From the IMG/VR virus record IMGVR_UViG_3300028588_000048, positions 1-38,666 of that record: a stretch of 38,666 nucleotides of DNA; one strand, given 5' to 3'. The notes under the pieces were generated by a model. It worked only from the letters and a program-made list of their open reading frames with translations. It searched no databases and had not been told where the DNA came from. Source of the stretch: a virus (taxonomy: Duplodnaviria > Caudoviricetes). How positions within the stretch are numbered: position 1 is the stretch's first letter; each line of letters opens with the position of its first letter. The position numbers and the translations under genes were made by a program. Shown in pieces: positions 7,816 through 15,484 of the stretch.

Positions 7816-8055
7816 TCATTCTCCCGTTATAGTCATCTGGCGAGGATCGACCTCGCGCAACACATATACGACATCTTCGTTGTCGCAGCTTGGCATGCCG
7901 GCGCGTTTTGCAATCCCCTCCACTTCGTCACATACCGATTGGCGCTGCCGGGCGAAGTAGCATGTTCTGCACTTCTTGCCAGGTTTAATAGTGAACTCAA
8001 CTATGTAAGGATCTATAGGCTCGTCGTACATGTCGGCCAAGGCGATCATGTTCAT
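7816..8055 (-). CDS. Small Cys-containing hypothetical protein
   Basis: CRTC...C...C; coupled to the upstream gene. Confidence 0.6.
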   Translation of the reverse strand: MNMIALADMYDEPIDPYIVEFTIKPGKKCRTCYFARQRQSVCDEVEGIAKRAGMPSCDNEDVVYVLREVDPRQMTITGE

Positions 8056-8399
8056 GGAGATACCTCCAACACCTTTAGCCCGTTCTCTAGACCTTGCTGG
8101 ACCATGTTTGCGGTTCCTCTGCCGCCAGGGAAGGCCAGCACGCCATCGGCCTTGCCTTCATGAATCATCTTTCCATTACGGATAGGGCCAGCCGCTTTGC
8201 CATGTGCTTTCCAGTCTGCATTGAAGGTTTGATATGGGATACCGTTAGCTATTGCCCATTCTCGTGCAAGACGGTCAGCACCGGCAGCGCCACCCTCGAT
8301 CAGCAGCGTAATCGGTCGCTTGGAATGTACTACGTAAAGAACATGGTTGATGCGGCTGATGTTCTTAAAGTCGCGTCCTCCGCATACGATCAGTCTCAT
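8052..8399 (-). CDS. YspA-related SLOG-family protein (DUF2493-like)
   Basis: MRLIVCGGRDF, EGGAAGAD.LA..WA, ADW..HGKAAGPIRN..M, AFPGGRGTANMV. Confidence 0.85.
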   Translation of the reverse strand: MRLIVCGGRDFKNISRINHVLYVVHSKRPITLLIEGGAAGADRLAREWAIANGIPYQTFNADWKAHGKAAGPIRNGKMIHEGKADGVLAFPGGRGTANMVQQGLENGLKVLEVSP

Positions 8400-9049
8400 G
8401 CTTGCCCCTTCTTCATCTCGCGTAGTTGACGCTGAAAGTCTTTCGTCATCTGACGCAGATCATCATGGCTCCAGTTGGCTGGAGTATTGTTTGATTCAAG
8501 GGCTTCGACGCGCTCTATGCCGATACGCTCGATAAGTCCACGACGATAGTCCAAAGCCCGACCTGCACCATTCCTGTTACAGTAGACAAGCTGCCGGTGC
8601 GCGTTATCAGGGTGAAACCTCAGATGCGGAGCCGAGCCAGTAGAGCGCCAGTGACCGCAATCCCAGCCATGCCCGCGAAGCACGTCAACTTTGGTGCTAG
8701 CTCGGCCACAGCAGATGCAAGGTTGATTCTTGTCGCGCTCCCGGATCATCGCGTTAAACGCTTTCTGGCACGCCGCGATCAGTTGCGGGTACGTCTTCAT
8801 ACTATCCAGCTTCGCCTTATCCTGCGCCCTCTCATGCCGCTTCTTTGCTGCCTTCATCTTCGCTAGACGCTCCGATGCAATCACTACTGCGCAGTCGTCG
8901 TCGCACCACCTCTTGAACGGCTGGCGTGGATCCACCTCATAAGCTCGACGGCAAGCGCGATTCTGGCACTTGCGCACCTTTGGCTTACCAGATGCAGGCT
9001 TTTCTTCCGAGGGCTTAAACGCTGTACGCATCAACTCAGTCCTGCGCAT
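8396..9049 (-). CDS. ninG: NinG/Rap-like recombination endonuclease
   Basis: Q.AFNA.IRERD...PCICCG...WDCGHWRS.GSAPHLRF...N.H.Q...CN......YR.GLIERIG.ERVEALE. Confidence 0.85.
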   Translation of the reverse strand: MRRTELMRTAFKPSEEKPASGKPKVRKCQNRACRRAYEVDPRQPFKRWCDDDCAVVIASERLAKMKAAKKRHERAQDKAKLDSMKTYPQLIAACQKAFNAMIRERDKNQPCICCGRASTKVDVLRGHGWDCGHWRSTGSAPHLRFHPDNAHRQLVYCNRNGAGRALDYRRGLIERIGIERVEALESNNTPANWSHDDLRQMTKDFQRQLREMKKGQA

Positions 9050-9690
9050 TACAGTTCACCCCACTGGCTTGCAAAAGCTTCCGCAATAGCCGGGTCTGTA
9101 CGACTACGCTCACGCTCCCGATTTGGACCAGGTGACATGTGATGACAAGCTGCCACGATCTCGCCTTGCGCATAGTCTGACTTCTTGTGGCTTGCTTTCA
9201 ATAGCGGCAGACCTTTGACCCATAGTGCGGCTGCTTTCGTGAAAGGCGATCCGAAGTGCCACGGCTGCACGATCTGATCGTAGTGCCCGATGTGCTGCAT
9301 CGCCAGGCCGTGAGGCATCGAGTTTTCTAAGGCAATCTTCTCGATACCGCAGTTCTTCAGCGCATTGAAGAACTCGACGCCCTTAAGGAAATCATCCATA
9401 CGATTTGGGTATGCAGGATGGCGGCGACGCTGATCAGCAGGAAGATGCGTATCTTCCGGGTGATACATCCAGCGGATTCCGGCGAGATTGTTATACGTGC
9501 AGTATGGATGTGCGATCATCATGTCCCAGCTCTCGGCGCCTGACTTGATTACCTCCAACAGATCGGCCTTGATATGCCAACCTGAAGGAACTTCAGTCTC
9601 GCGCAAATCGCATGACACGGCGGTGTGGCCCATCCTTGCAAATGCATCACGGACGCGGCCAGAATACTCGCAACCAATAAGCACCCTCAC
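9049..9690 (-). CDS. Short phage DNA cytosine-methyltransferase-like protein
   Basis: MRVLIGCEYSG.VRDAF, SCDL, WDMMIAHPYCT, ALEN, QIVQPWHFG, ERSRT...IAEA.A.QWG. GTG start. Confidence 0.7.
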   Translation of the reverse strand: MRVLIGCEYSGRVRDAFARMGHTAVSCDLRETEVPSGWHIKADLLEVIKSGAESWDMMIAHPYCTYNNLAGIRWMYHPEDTHLPADQRRRHPAYPNRMDDFLKGVEFFNALKNCGIEKIALENSMPHGLAMQHIGHYDQIVQPWHFGSPFTKAAALWVKGLPLLKASHKKSDYAQGEIVAACHHMSPGPNRERERSRTDPAIAEAFASQWGEL

Positions 9691-9767
9691 GCCGCACCTC
9701 CACCAATCAGCCAGCTACCCACAGCAACGAGCGCCAAGATAGCGATAGTCTCCAAGCGCCGGATCAT
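9687..9767 (-). CDS. 26-aa single-TM peptide (MIRRLETIAILALVAVGSWLIGGGAA)
   Basis: Hand-translated; 4-nt overlaps with both neighbours. Confidence 0.55.
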   Translation of the reverse strand: MIRRLETIAILALVAVGSWLIGGGAA

Positions 9768-10021
9768 GCCGTAACCCCTGCATAGATCATCAGCGAAATA
9801 GCAGCCAACGGGCAGGCCAGCATCACCAGCGTAAAGTGCAGCGGCATCTTTGGCGGATCAGCGAAGACTTCAGGCCATACCGCATGCTCCCCGAGCCAGT
9901 CAACGGTATCGCCTCCACCGCCGTATGGCAGGACAGCATGGCCGTGATCATCAGCTCCCAGATAGCGCGCAGAGTTGCCATCGGCGTCATAGACAGTTTG
10001 GCCGGTTTCGAATTTTGTCAT
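9764..10021 (-). CDS. Hypothetical protein with C-terminal TM segment
   Basis: Start reassigned to MTKFETGQTVY (ATG 10021, GAGAG SD). Confidence 0.65.
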   Translation of the reverse strand: MTKFETGQTVYDADGNSARYLGADDHGHAVLPYGGGGDTVDWLGEHAVWPEVFADPPKMPLHFTLVMLACPLAAISLMIYAGVTA

Positions 10022-10034
10022 TGTTCTCTCAGTT

Positions 10035-10208
10035 TTAGGAAGCGGTTCCGATGCGGGCGTCATACACGCAATCAAGAGGAATACAGGCTGCTTCTGCCAG
10101 CCCTTGAAGCGCCAGGATAGCGGCCAAGAACAGAGCAGCAACTACCCAGCGGTTAGATGCAATGCGCTTGATGAGCGGCTTGCGGGTGTAGATGCGGGAG
10201 TGGTTCAT
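10035..10208 (-). CDS. 57-aa membrane/secreted hypothetical protein (MNHSRIYTRKPLIKRIASNRWVVAALFLAAILALQGLAEAACIPLDCVYDARIGTAS)
   Basis: Hand-translated; ATGA coupling to the upstream gene. Confidence 0.55.
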   Translation of the reverse strand: MNHSRIYTRKPLIKRIASNRWVVAALFLAAILALQGLAEAACIPLDCVYDARIGTAS

Positions 10209-10366
10209 TTGAGCATATTGATTGTGGATGCTTCGATCATGGTAGGCTCCGAGCCGGCGATGATTTCCTTGAGGCGCTTCTGGCTGATTCCGCTCACTGC
10301 CGCTAGAACTGCAAGGCCACCACGCGCCTGCACATTTTTTAAGTCTTTACGGATTTGGTCGCTCAT
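10205..10366 (-). CDS. 53-aa Cro/XRE-like HTH protein (MSDQIRKDLKNVQARGGLAVLAAVSGISQKRLKEIIAGSEPTMIEASTINMLK)
   Basis: Hand-translated; AGGAGAG SD; LA..SGIS...L..I..G..PT HTH pattern. Confidence 0.6.
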   Translation of the reverse strand: MSDQIRKDLKNVQARGGLAVLAAVSGISQKRLKEIIAGSEPTMIEASTINMLK

Positions 10367-10381
10367 TCTTCTCTCCTAGTA

Positions 10382-10580
10382 GCGCCACACAGTGCAGCGC
10401 GGTTAGTCTTACTTCTTGTTGGCCGGGATCAGATTCCACCCCAGCATTTCCCGGATTTGCTCCGGTGTCGGAGGCGGCCCGCCTTCTGCTCGCCTGTTGA
10501 TCAAATACTGCTTCAACTGCACTTGCGTCGGGCGGGATGCGTTCATGTGATCCTCCGGTAGCGAGCTGCACAGTGCAGCG
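10382..10580. repeat. Two related palindromes sharing CACAGTGCAGCGC (10382-10400 and 10565-10580)
   Basis: GCTGCAC-A-GTGCAGC is perfect; GCGCCACAC-A-GTGCAGCGC has 2 mismatches. Each lies just upstream of an RBS. Confidence 0.7.
10409..10546 (-). CDS. 45-aa hypothetical protein, first gene of the leftward early operon
   Basis: GGAGG SD before MNASRPTQ...PPPTPEQIREMLGW. Confidence 0.65.
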   Translation of the reverse strand: MNASRPTQVQLKQYLINRRAEGGPPPTPEQIREMLGWNLIPANKK

Positions 10581-10591
10581 CCGATGACTGA

Positions 10592-10620
10592 ACTATGCCT
10601 GAACAAGAAACCTAAGTCAA
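10592..10620 (-). promoter_or_regulatory. Leftward early sigma70 promoter
   Basis: TTGACT-17 bp-CATAGT. Confidence 0.7.
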
Positions 10621-10655
10621 CATAAATCTTTAACGTCGCAGTTCATATATTTAGC

Positions 10656-10684
10656 TTGACATGGTTGTCGCTACAGGCGATGAT
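10656..10684 (+). promoter_or_regulatory. Rightward early sigma70 promoter
   Basis: TTGACA-17 bp-GATGAT, back-to-back with the leftward promoter across an AT-rich spacer. Confidence 0.6.
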
Positions 10685-10709
10685 ACGTTATCAAAACAAG
10701 GGAGTGGTT

Positions 10710-10928
10710 ATGAACAAAGAGGAAGTACAAGCTGAGCTTCGCGGCTACATCGGGCGAGTTCACAAGACTCAAACGGCAGCAGCCGCACACTGGGGCGTCA
10801 GCGTCGTTTGGGTCAACAAGGTACTCAACGGCCATCGCTCTCCAACGAAGCCGATGCTCGATGATATCGGCGTCGAGCGCGTTGAGCCACCATCGTTCTA
10901 CCGTCGCAAGAAGAGGGGCGCAGCATGA
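10710..10928 (+). CDS. Cro/XRE-like HTH transcriptional regulator
   Basis: TQTAAAAHWGVS..WVNKVLNGHRSPT HTH; AAGGGAG SD before ATG 10710. Confidence 0.75.
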   Translation: MNKEEVQAELRGYIGRVHKTQTAAAAHWGVSVVWVNKVLNGHRSPTKPMLDDIGVERVEPPSFYRRKKRGAA

Positions 10929-11074
10929 TCGACCTACTAGCCATCGCCATAATCGGCCTGACCATCTACCTCTGCTTAGATGGATTCGCAGCCCTGACCA
11001 AGCACGAAAAAGATGCACAGAGGTTACTTGAGCAACTGGAAGCGGGATATTTTGATAAGGAGGTGGGGAAATGA
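10925..11074 (+). CDS. 49-aa protein with N-terminal TM segment (MIDLLAIAIIGLTIYLCLDG...)
   Basis: Hand-translated; ATGA overlaps on both sides. Confidence 0.6.
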   Translation: MIDLLAIAIIGLTIYLCLDGFAALTKHEKDAQRLLEQLEAGYFDKEVGK

Positions 11075-11307
11075 GCAAATGGTACGAAGTCGAAGTCCAG
11101 ACGCTTGTCGTCTATGCCGTCGAAGTCGAAGATGACGAGAACGAAGGCCATGCGATCAATGAGGCTCTTGACCAAGCCCCGCTAACCGGCAGATCAAGCG
11201 GTAGCACTCTGCCTTTACCAGCTGCGCATCTGGCGATGATTAGGAAAAATGCCGATGTTGTACTGAGCTTGGATGGTGAGTGGTCAACCGAGGATGAGGA
11301 CGAATGA
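11071..11307 (+). CDS. Acidic hypothetical protein
   Basis: GGAGG SD; coupled; KWYEVEV...VEVE.......A..EA pattern. Confidence 0.7.
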   Translation: MSKWYEVEVQTLVVYAVEVEDDENEGHAINEALDQAPLTGRSSGSTLPLPAAHLAMIRKNADVVLSLDGEWSTEDEDE

Positions 11308-11468
11308 AAACCTACCGCGTGACCATCCAGTTCAAGCGCATCAAGCACGACTTCTCAACCGAAGTCCAGGCAACAGACGAGCAGTCAGCTAAGTGGGCTG
11401 CGCTGAAGTGGGCGCAGAGTAATGGGTATGATGCAGAGGTGAAATCTTACAAAGTGAGGTTGGTATGA
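11304..11468 (+). CDS. 54-aa hypothetical protein (MKTYRVTIQFKRIKHDFSTEVQATDEQSAKWAALKWAQSNGYDAEVKSYKVRLV)
   Basis: Hand-translated; ATGA overlaps on both sides. Confidence 0.65.
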   Translation: MKTYRVTIQFKRIKHDFSTEVQATDEQSAKWAALKWAQSNGYDAEVKSYKVRLV

Positions 11469-12055
11469 GCAAATGGAATAATGGCCCAGAGGAAAGCAAG
11501 TGCGTTGCAAATGCAGAATTCATGGTGCCGGTGGCTAAGTTACTGCGCTGGGGCGCGCCTGGTACCAGTGCCGAGAGCGTTAGTCTTGCAGCTATTGCCG
11601 CTTTGCCGCCAGATGGAACGATTCTGTATGCCTGCGGCATTGCCGCATGCCCAACTTGCGGAGGCTCGCGCGTTGACCCAGGCGGGCTTCTGTCTTGCCG
11701 CACTTGCATGGCTGGTGTCGCCTCGATCGATGCCGTAGAGCAAGCGGTCAATGCGATCCGCACCGAGGCTGCAAACAAGCTGATAGACGAGCGGGACCGT
11801 CTACTGGAAGAGAACGACGACCTTCGCGCAGCACTCGTTAGCCGTGCTGGTGAAATCGCTCCTGCTGCTACGAGCGACGATGCCGTAAAAGCTATGTGCT
11901 TGGCACTTGACGCGCTGGAAGTGGCTACGACGCCATTGGCAGAAGATCGCCAGAAGGTACTGAAGGCACAAGCCGTCTTGCGTGCCACGCTCGCAGTAAG
12001 CGAAGTTCTACTCTGCCACGGGTGCAGCGGCACCGGCAAGATAACTAAGGAGTGA
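11465..12055 (+). CDS. Mosaic hypothetical protein with CxxC zinc-finger motifs and a coiled coil
   Basis: CPTCGG...CRTC and C-terminal CHGCSGTG. Confidence 0.65.
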   Translation: MSKWNNGPEESKCVANAEFMVPVAKLLRWGAPGTSAESVSLAAIAALPPDGTILYACGIAACPTCGGSRVDPGGLLSCRTCMAGVASIDAVEQAVNAIRTEAANKLIDERDRLLEENDDLRAALVSRAGEIAPAATSDDAVKAMCLALDALEVATTPLAEDRQKVLKAQAVLRATLAVSEVLLCHGCSGTGKITKE

Positions 12056-12358
12056 GTGATGAGTCCACTAAAGATTAGCCTTCTTCTCAGGTTCTACAGT
12101 ATGCCTAGGCCTAATCGTGACTTGCCAGAAGGGCACGCGTTCTCCCAAGCGATGAATGATGCTGTAGTCGAGTTCAGAGATCTAGGCTTAGTGAAAGAGT
12201 TCGTAACGGTTTACGTGGCCCGCAATGGTCTAACCGTATCGGACCTAACATACCTGATGTTAATTACTGAGAAGGGTAAAGAACTTGCAGAGCAGATGAT
12301 TGATTCTTGCGATAACCTGTATCACAAAGTATCGCTTGACGCAGATCAGTCTGCTTGA
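12056..12358 (+). CDS. Hypothetical protein
   Basis: AAGGAG SD; start at GTG 12056 or ATG 12059. Confidence 0.6.
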   Translation: MMSPLKISLLLRFYSMPRPNRDLPEGHAFSQAMNDAVVEFRDLGLVKEFVTVYVARNGLTVSDLTYLMLITEKGKELAEQMIDSCDNLYHKVSLDADQSA

Positions 12359-12360
12359 TG

Positions 12361-12535
12361 TAGAATGTGCGTAACGGTGTGGTAGCCGGAGTTTAGGGAA
12401 TGATGCGAAACAGGCCGTTAAAGCTTGGAATCTGTTGAGCATGAGGGACAAAGCATCTTCCCGACCTCTTGCTCTCTACCTCCAGATTCCAGACTTTAGC
12501 GGCTTTTTTTCGTTTGGCTTCTGCACCGTTCGCAC
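12361..12535 (+). ncRNA. Structured RNA (c4/CI-antisense-like architecture) in a ~440-nt intergenic region
   Basis: -10 TAGAAT at 12361. ~29-bp stem 12406-12434/12483-12512 containing a U-run; inner stem 12437-12446/12465-12474; outer stem 12367-12379/12524-12535; bulge CTACC complementary to upstream GGTAG. Confidence 0.65.
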
Positions 12536-12801
12536 CCCGAGCGTTATTAAGCGGCCACATTGATGCCGGCGCGGGAGGAAAGTCGAGCGCTTACTAGCAA
12601 GCCAGCGCGTGGAGCTTGGTCAAGGCATCCCAGGAACAGAGCAAACAGTTGATATAGCGTTTAGCCCACGAGACGGGTGCTCTGGAAATAGAATTGACCG
12701 CTTATGGCAGCAGCAGTATTTGATCTGTTTTATTGATTGGGTATGGCTGGGGAGGGTATCAACTCCTTGGCTTGCTCTATGTCTAAACTAAGGAGAGAGA
12801 A

Positions 12802-12924
12802 ATGAAGAATCAAAAAGGTTACACCCTGATGGAGCTGGTCATTGTTCTGGGCGGGATTGCAACTCTGATCGGCGCTTGCTTCTTGGTCTACGTGCTGTGG
12901 CATTTCGTGGCGAAGTTCTGGTAA
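12802..12924 (+). CDS. 40-aa mini type IV prepilin-like peptide (MKNQKG|YTLMELVIVLGGIATLIGACFLVYVLWHFVAKFW)
   Basis: Hand-translated; AAGGAGAG SD; class III signal peptide (basic leader, G-1, aromatic +1, E+5, hydrophobic helix). Confidence 0.75.
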   Translation: MKNQKGYTLMELVIVLGGIATLIGACFLVYVLWHFVAKFW

Positions 12925-12950
12925 GCAGTACCTATAACAAGGAGAGAAAG

Positions 12951-13721
12951 ATGAGCAACATCGTCGCATTCAATGAAATGGAAAGCATGGCTTCCTACAT
13001 CGTCCGGTCCAAGCTGTTCGGGGCCAAGGATGAATCGCAGGCCATGAGCTTGATGCTGCTGGCGCAGGCGGAAGGTTTGCACCCGATGACCGCGATCCAA
13101 GATTTCGACATCGTGCAAGGCCGCCCAGCACGAAAGACACATTCGATTCTGGCTCGTTTTCAGGCTGCTGGCGGTTCGGTATCGTGGGAAGAAATCAACT
13201 CGTTGCGCGCTTGCGGCACGTTCAGCCATAAGCAAGGCGGATCGCTTCGTGTGGAATGGACATTTGAGCAGGCGAAGAAAGCGAACCTGACCAACAAGGA
13301 TAACTGGAAGAACTACCCGCAGGCTATGCTTCGTGCGCGCTGCATCGCTGAAGGCGTCCGTGCCGTGTTTCCTGGCGCTATCGGGGGGATGCTGACGGTT
13401 GAGGAAGCGCAGGACGTTGAGCCTATCCATACGCCGATGAAGGATATCAACTCGACGCCAGCCACTGAGCAAGTCATCTCTCAGGACTGGATGGCGGCGG
13501 TAGCAGCTTGCAAGACGACAGAAGAAGTTACGGCGGTATGGCAGGCAGGTATCAAGGAAATCCAGGCGGCTAATGACAAGGGTCTGTACGCGAGCTTTAA
13601 AGCAGCTGTAGCGGCTCGCGGCAAGGAATTGAAGGAGTCGGCCATGACGATTGACATGGAAGCGCCAGCGCCCGAATTGACGCCCGAGGAACTGGATGCA
13701 CAGCGCGGGGTGGCCGAATGA
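12951..13721 (+). CDS. Single-strand annealing protein (RecT/Red-beta-like)
   Basis: GL.PM.A......VQGRP, W..EQAKKANL..KDNWKNYPQAMLRAR.....R..FP....G..T.EE; adjacent to an exonuclease. Start reassigned to ATG 12951. Confidence 0.8.
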   Translation: MSNIVAFNEMESMASYIVRSKLFGAKDESQAMSLMLLAQAEGLHPMTAIQDFDIVQGRPARKTHSILARFQAAGGSVSWEEINSLRACGTFSHKQGGSLRVEWTFEQAKKANLTNKDNWKNYPQAMLRARCIAEGVRAVFPGAIGGMLTVEEAQDVEPIHTPMKDINSTPATEQVISQDWMAAVAACKTTEEVTAVWQAGIKEIQAANDKGLYASFKAAVAARGKELKESAMTIDMEAPAPELTPEELDAQRGVAE

Positions 13722-14359
13722 TCTACTACGATCATCCGCAAGGTTCGCAGGAATGGCTTGACGCCCGCAAGGGTGTTATCACCGCAAGCCGCTTCAAGGA
13801 TGCACGCTCACGGCTCAAGGGCGGCGCACCTGACAAGAAATGCATCGGCTATGCGCAAGACGTTGCACGCGAGCGAGTAGGCGGAAAGGCTGGCGAGGTC
13901 TACGTGAATGCGGCCATGCGTTTCGGATCCGAGCAGGAAGCGTTTGCGCGGATTGCTTATGAAGCGGAGACCGGATATCTAGTTAACGAGGTCGGATTTT
14001 ACACCACCGATGACCGACTCTTCGGCGTGTCTGTTGACGGCCTGATTGATGATGACGGCATCCTTGAGGTCAAGACTATGGTTTCGTCTGATACTCTGTT
14101 CACGGCATTCAGTGGAGATATCAGCGCCTATACGGATCAGATTCTTGGTGCGATGTGGCTGACGGGTCGCAAGTGGTGCGACCTTGTTCTGTGGGCACCT
14201 GACCTTGAGCGAATCGGGCGGCACCTAACCATAGTTCGCATCACACGGGGCGAAGAGAAGATACAAGCGCTAGAAGATGACCTGCTTCTGTTTGCTGCAA
14301 TGGTCTCTGCAAATGAAACGATATTGCGTGGGCCTGACCCTAGAATTGGATGCATCTGA
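13718..14359 (+). CDS. YqaJ/lambda-exonuclease family protein
   Basis: QGSQEWL.ARKG.ITAS, AM..G.EQE..AR..YE, GVSVDGL.....ILEVK, Q....MW.TGRKWCD. Confidence 0.9.
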   Translation: MIYYDHPQGSQEWLDARKGVITASRFKDARSRLKGGAPDKKCIGYAQDVARERVGGKAGEVYVNAAMRFGSEQEAFARIAYEAETGYLVNEVGFYTTDDRLFGVSVDGLIDDDGILEVKTMVSSDTLFTAFSGDISAYTDQILGAMWLTGRKWCDLVLWAPDLERIGRHLTIVRITRGEEKIQALEDDLLLFAAMVSANETILRGPDPRIGCI

Positions 14360-14724
14360 TGTACCGCCTAGTCCATCAACAGGCTAGGCAGCGTGCCGTA
14401 CAGGGCGTCCTAGACGCTCCTGAAGGTTACGTAGTGACGATCAAGCCGCCGACTAGGAGCTTAGAGCAGAATGCGCTTTTGTGGAGCGCCCTTACCGATG
14501 TGGCCGACCAAGTCGTATGGCATGGCCGTAAGCTGGATACGGCCTCATGGAAACACATTTTCAGCTCGTCGCTGCGCAAACAAGACGTGGTGCCTAACCT
14601 AGACGGGACGGGCTTTGTCGTGATGGGCGTATCGACTAGTCAGATGAGTAAGGCGGAAATGAATGAGTTGATCGAGCTTATCTTCGCCTTCGGCGCACAG
14701 CACAACGTTAAGTGGTCAGACTGA
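14359..14724 (+). CDS. ninB: NinB/Orf-family recombination protein
   Basis: TRSLEQNALLW..L.DVA.QV.WHG.KL....WK.IF.......VVP.LDG.GFV.MG.STS.MSK.EM.ELIE.I.AFGA. Confidence 0.9.
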   Translation: MYRLVHQQARQRAVQGVLDAPEGYVVTIKPPTRSLEQNALLWSALTDVADQVVWHGRKLDTASWKHIFSSSLRKQDVVPNLDGTGFVVMGVSTSQMSKAEMNELIELIFAFGAQHNVKWSD

Positions 14725-14749
14725 AGTATAGCCTTGGAGGGTTAGACTC

Positions 14750-14857
14750 ATGTATATATTGCTATATATCGCTATAGGCTTCGTAGTTGGGCATCTGTTC
14801 GGTAGCACTGTGAACAGTATGGACAAGGGCGAGCGTCGTATTTCTGCTAGAGATTGA
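14750..14857 (+). CDS. 35-aa single-TM peptide (MYILLYIAIGFVVGHLFGSTVNSMDKGERRISARD)
   Basis: Hand-translated; GGAGG SD. Confidence 0.5.
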   Translation: MYILLYIAIGFVVGHLFGSTVNSMDKGERRISARD

Positions 14858-14865
14858 GAAATCCC

Positions 14866-14902
14866 TTGCGCTGTGAACTCTGCTAGTTCATAGTAGAGTT
14901 CA
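14866..14902 (+). promoter_or_regulatory. Promoter overlapped by an inverted repeat
   Basis: TTGCGC-17 bp-CATAGT; arms TGAACTCTGCTA / TAGTAGAGTTCA. Confidence 0.5.
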
Positions 14903-14922
14903 TCAACAGCACAGGAGTCAGG

Positions 14923-15099
14923 ATGACCGAACCGAAACAAAAGAAACCACGCGGCTTTGCCGCAATGACCGCAGAGCGCCGCAAGGAAGTAGCCGCTAAA
15001 GGTGGACACAGCGCCAGCGCAAAAGGGGTGGCACATCGCTTCACTAGCGAGGAAGCTAGGGCAGCGGGGAGTAAGCCTAGGCGCAAGAAGACCGACTAA
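14923..15099 (+). CDS. KGG-repeat general-stress-type protein (YciG/GsiB-like), 58 aa
   Basis: Hand-translated: RGFAAMTAERRKEVAAKGG...AHRFTSEEARAAG; AGGAG SD. Confidence 0.8.
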   Translation: MTEPKQKKPRGFAAMTAERRKEVAAKGGHSASAKGVAHRFTSEEARAAGSKPRRKKTD

Positions 15100-15120
15100 T
15101 AAAACAAGGGAGAAAGAGAA

Positions 15121-15477
15121 ATGAAACTAATCGTCATCATCGCAGCATTGGCACTCACCGGCTGCGCTAACCACACCCCGCGCCAGATCGTTGACATGCG
15201 CGGCGTGGATACTACGAAGTATTATCAGGACGTAGCTGAGTGCAATCAGTACGCCGAGCAGGTCGATACTGGTGGTAGTGCGGTCAACGGCGCAATCGGC
15301 GGGGCATTGCTCGGTGCGCTCATCGGCGCAGCTATCGGCGGCTCAGATGGCGCTAAGTTCGGCGCTAAAGTGTTCGGCGTGGCTGGCGCTGCTGAAGGCG
15401 CAGGATCGGCTGTGCAGGATAAGAAGACTATCGCCTTCCGCTGCATGGCTGGGCGTGGGTATAACGTGCTGCTGTGA
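15121..15477 (+). CDS. Glycine-zipper lipoprotein
   Basis: Lipobox LTGC; GAIGGALLGALIGAAIGG zipper; C-terminal CM.GRGY.VL. Confidence 0.85.
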   Translation: MKLIVIIAALALTGCANHTPRQIVDMRGVDTTKYYQDVAECNQYAEQVDTGGSAVNGAIGGALLGALIGAAIGGSDGAKFGAKVFGVAGAAEGAGSAVQDKKTIAFRCMAGRGYNVLL

Positions 15478-15484
15478 GGTGGGT

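Noticed and set aside
12609-12791. 60-aa plus-strand ORF, and 12730-12969 on the minus strand
   Set aside because: No convincing SD or motif; the minus ORF is antisense to the mini-pilin and SSAP starts.
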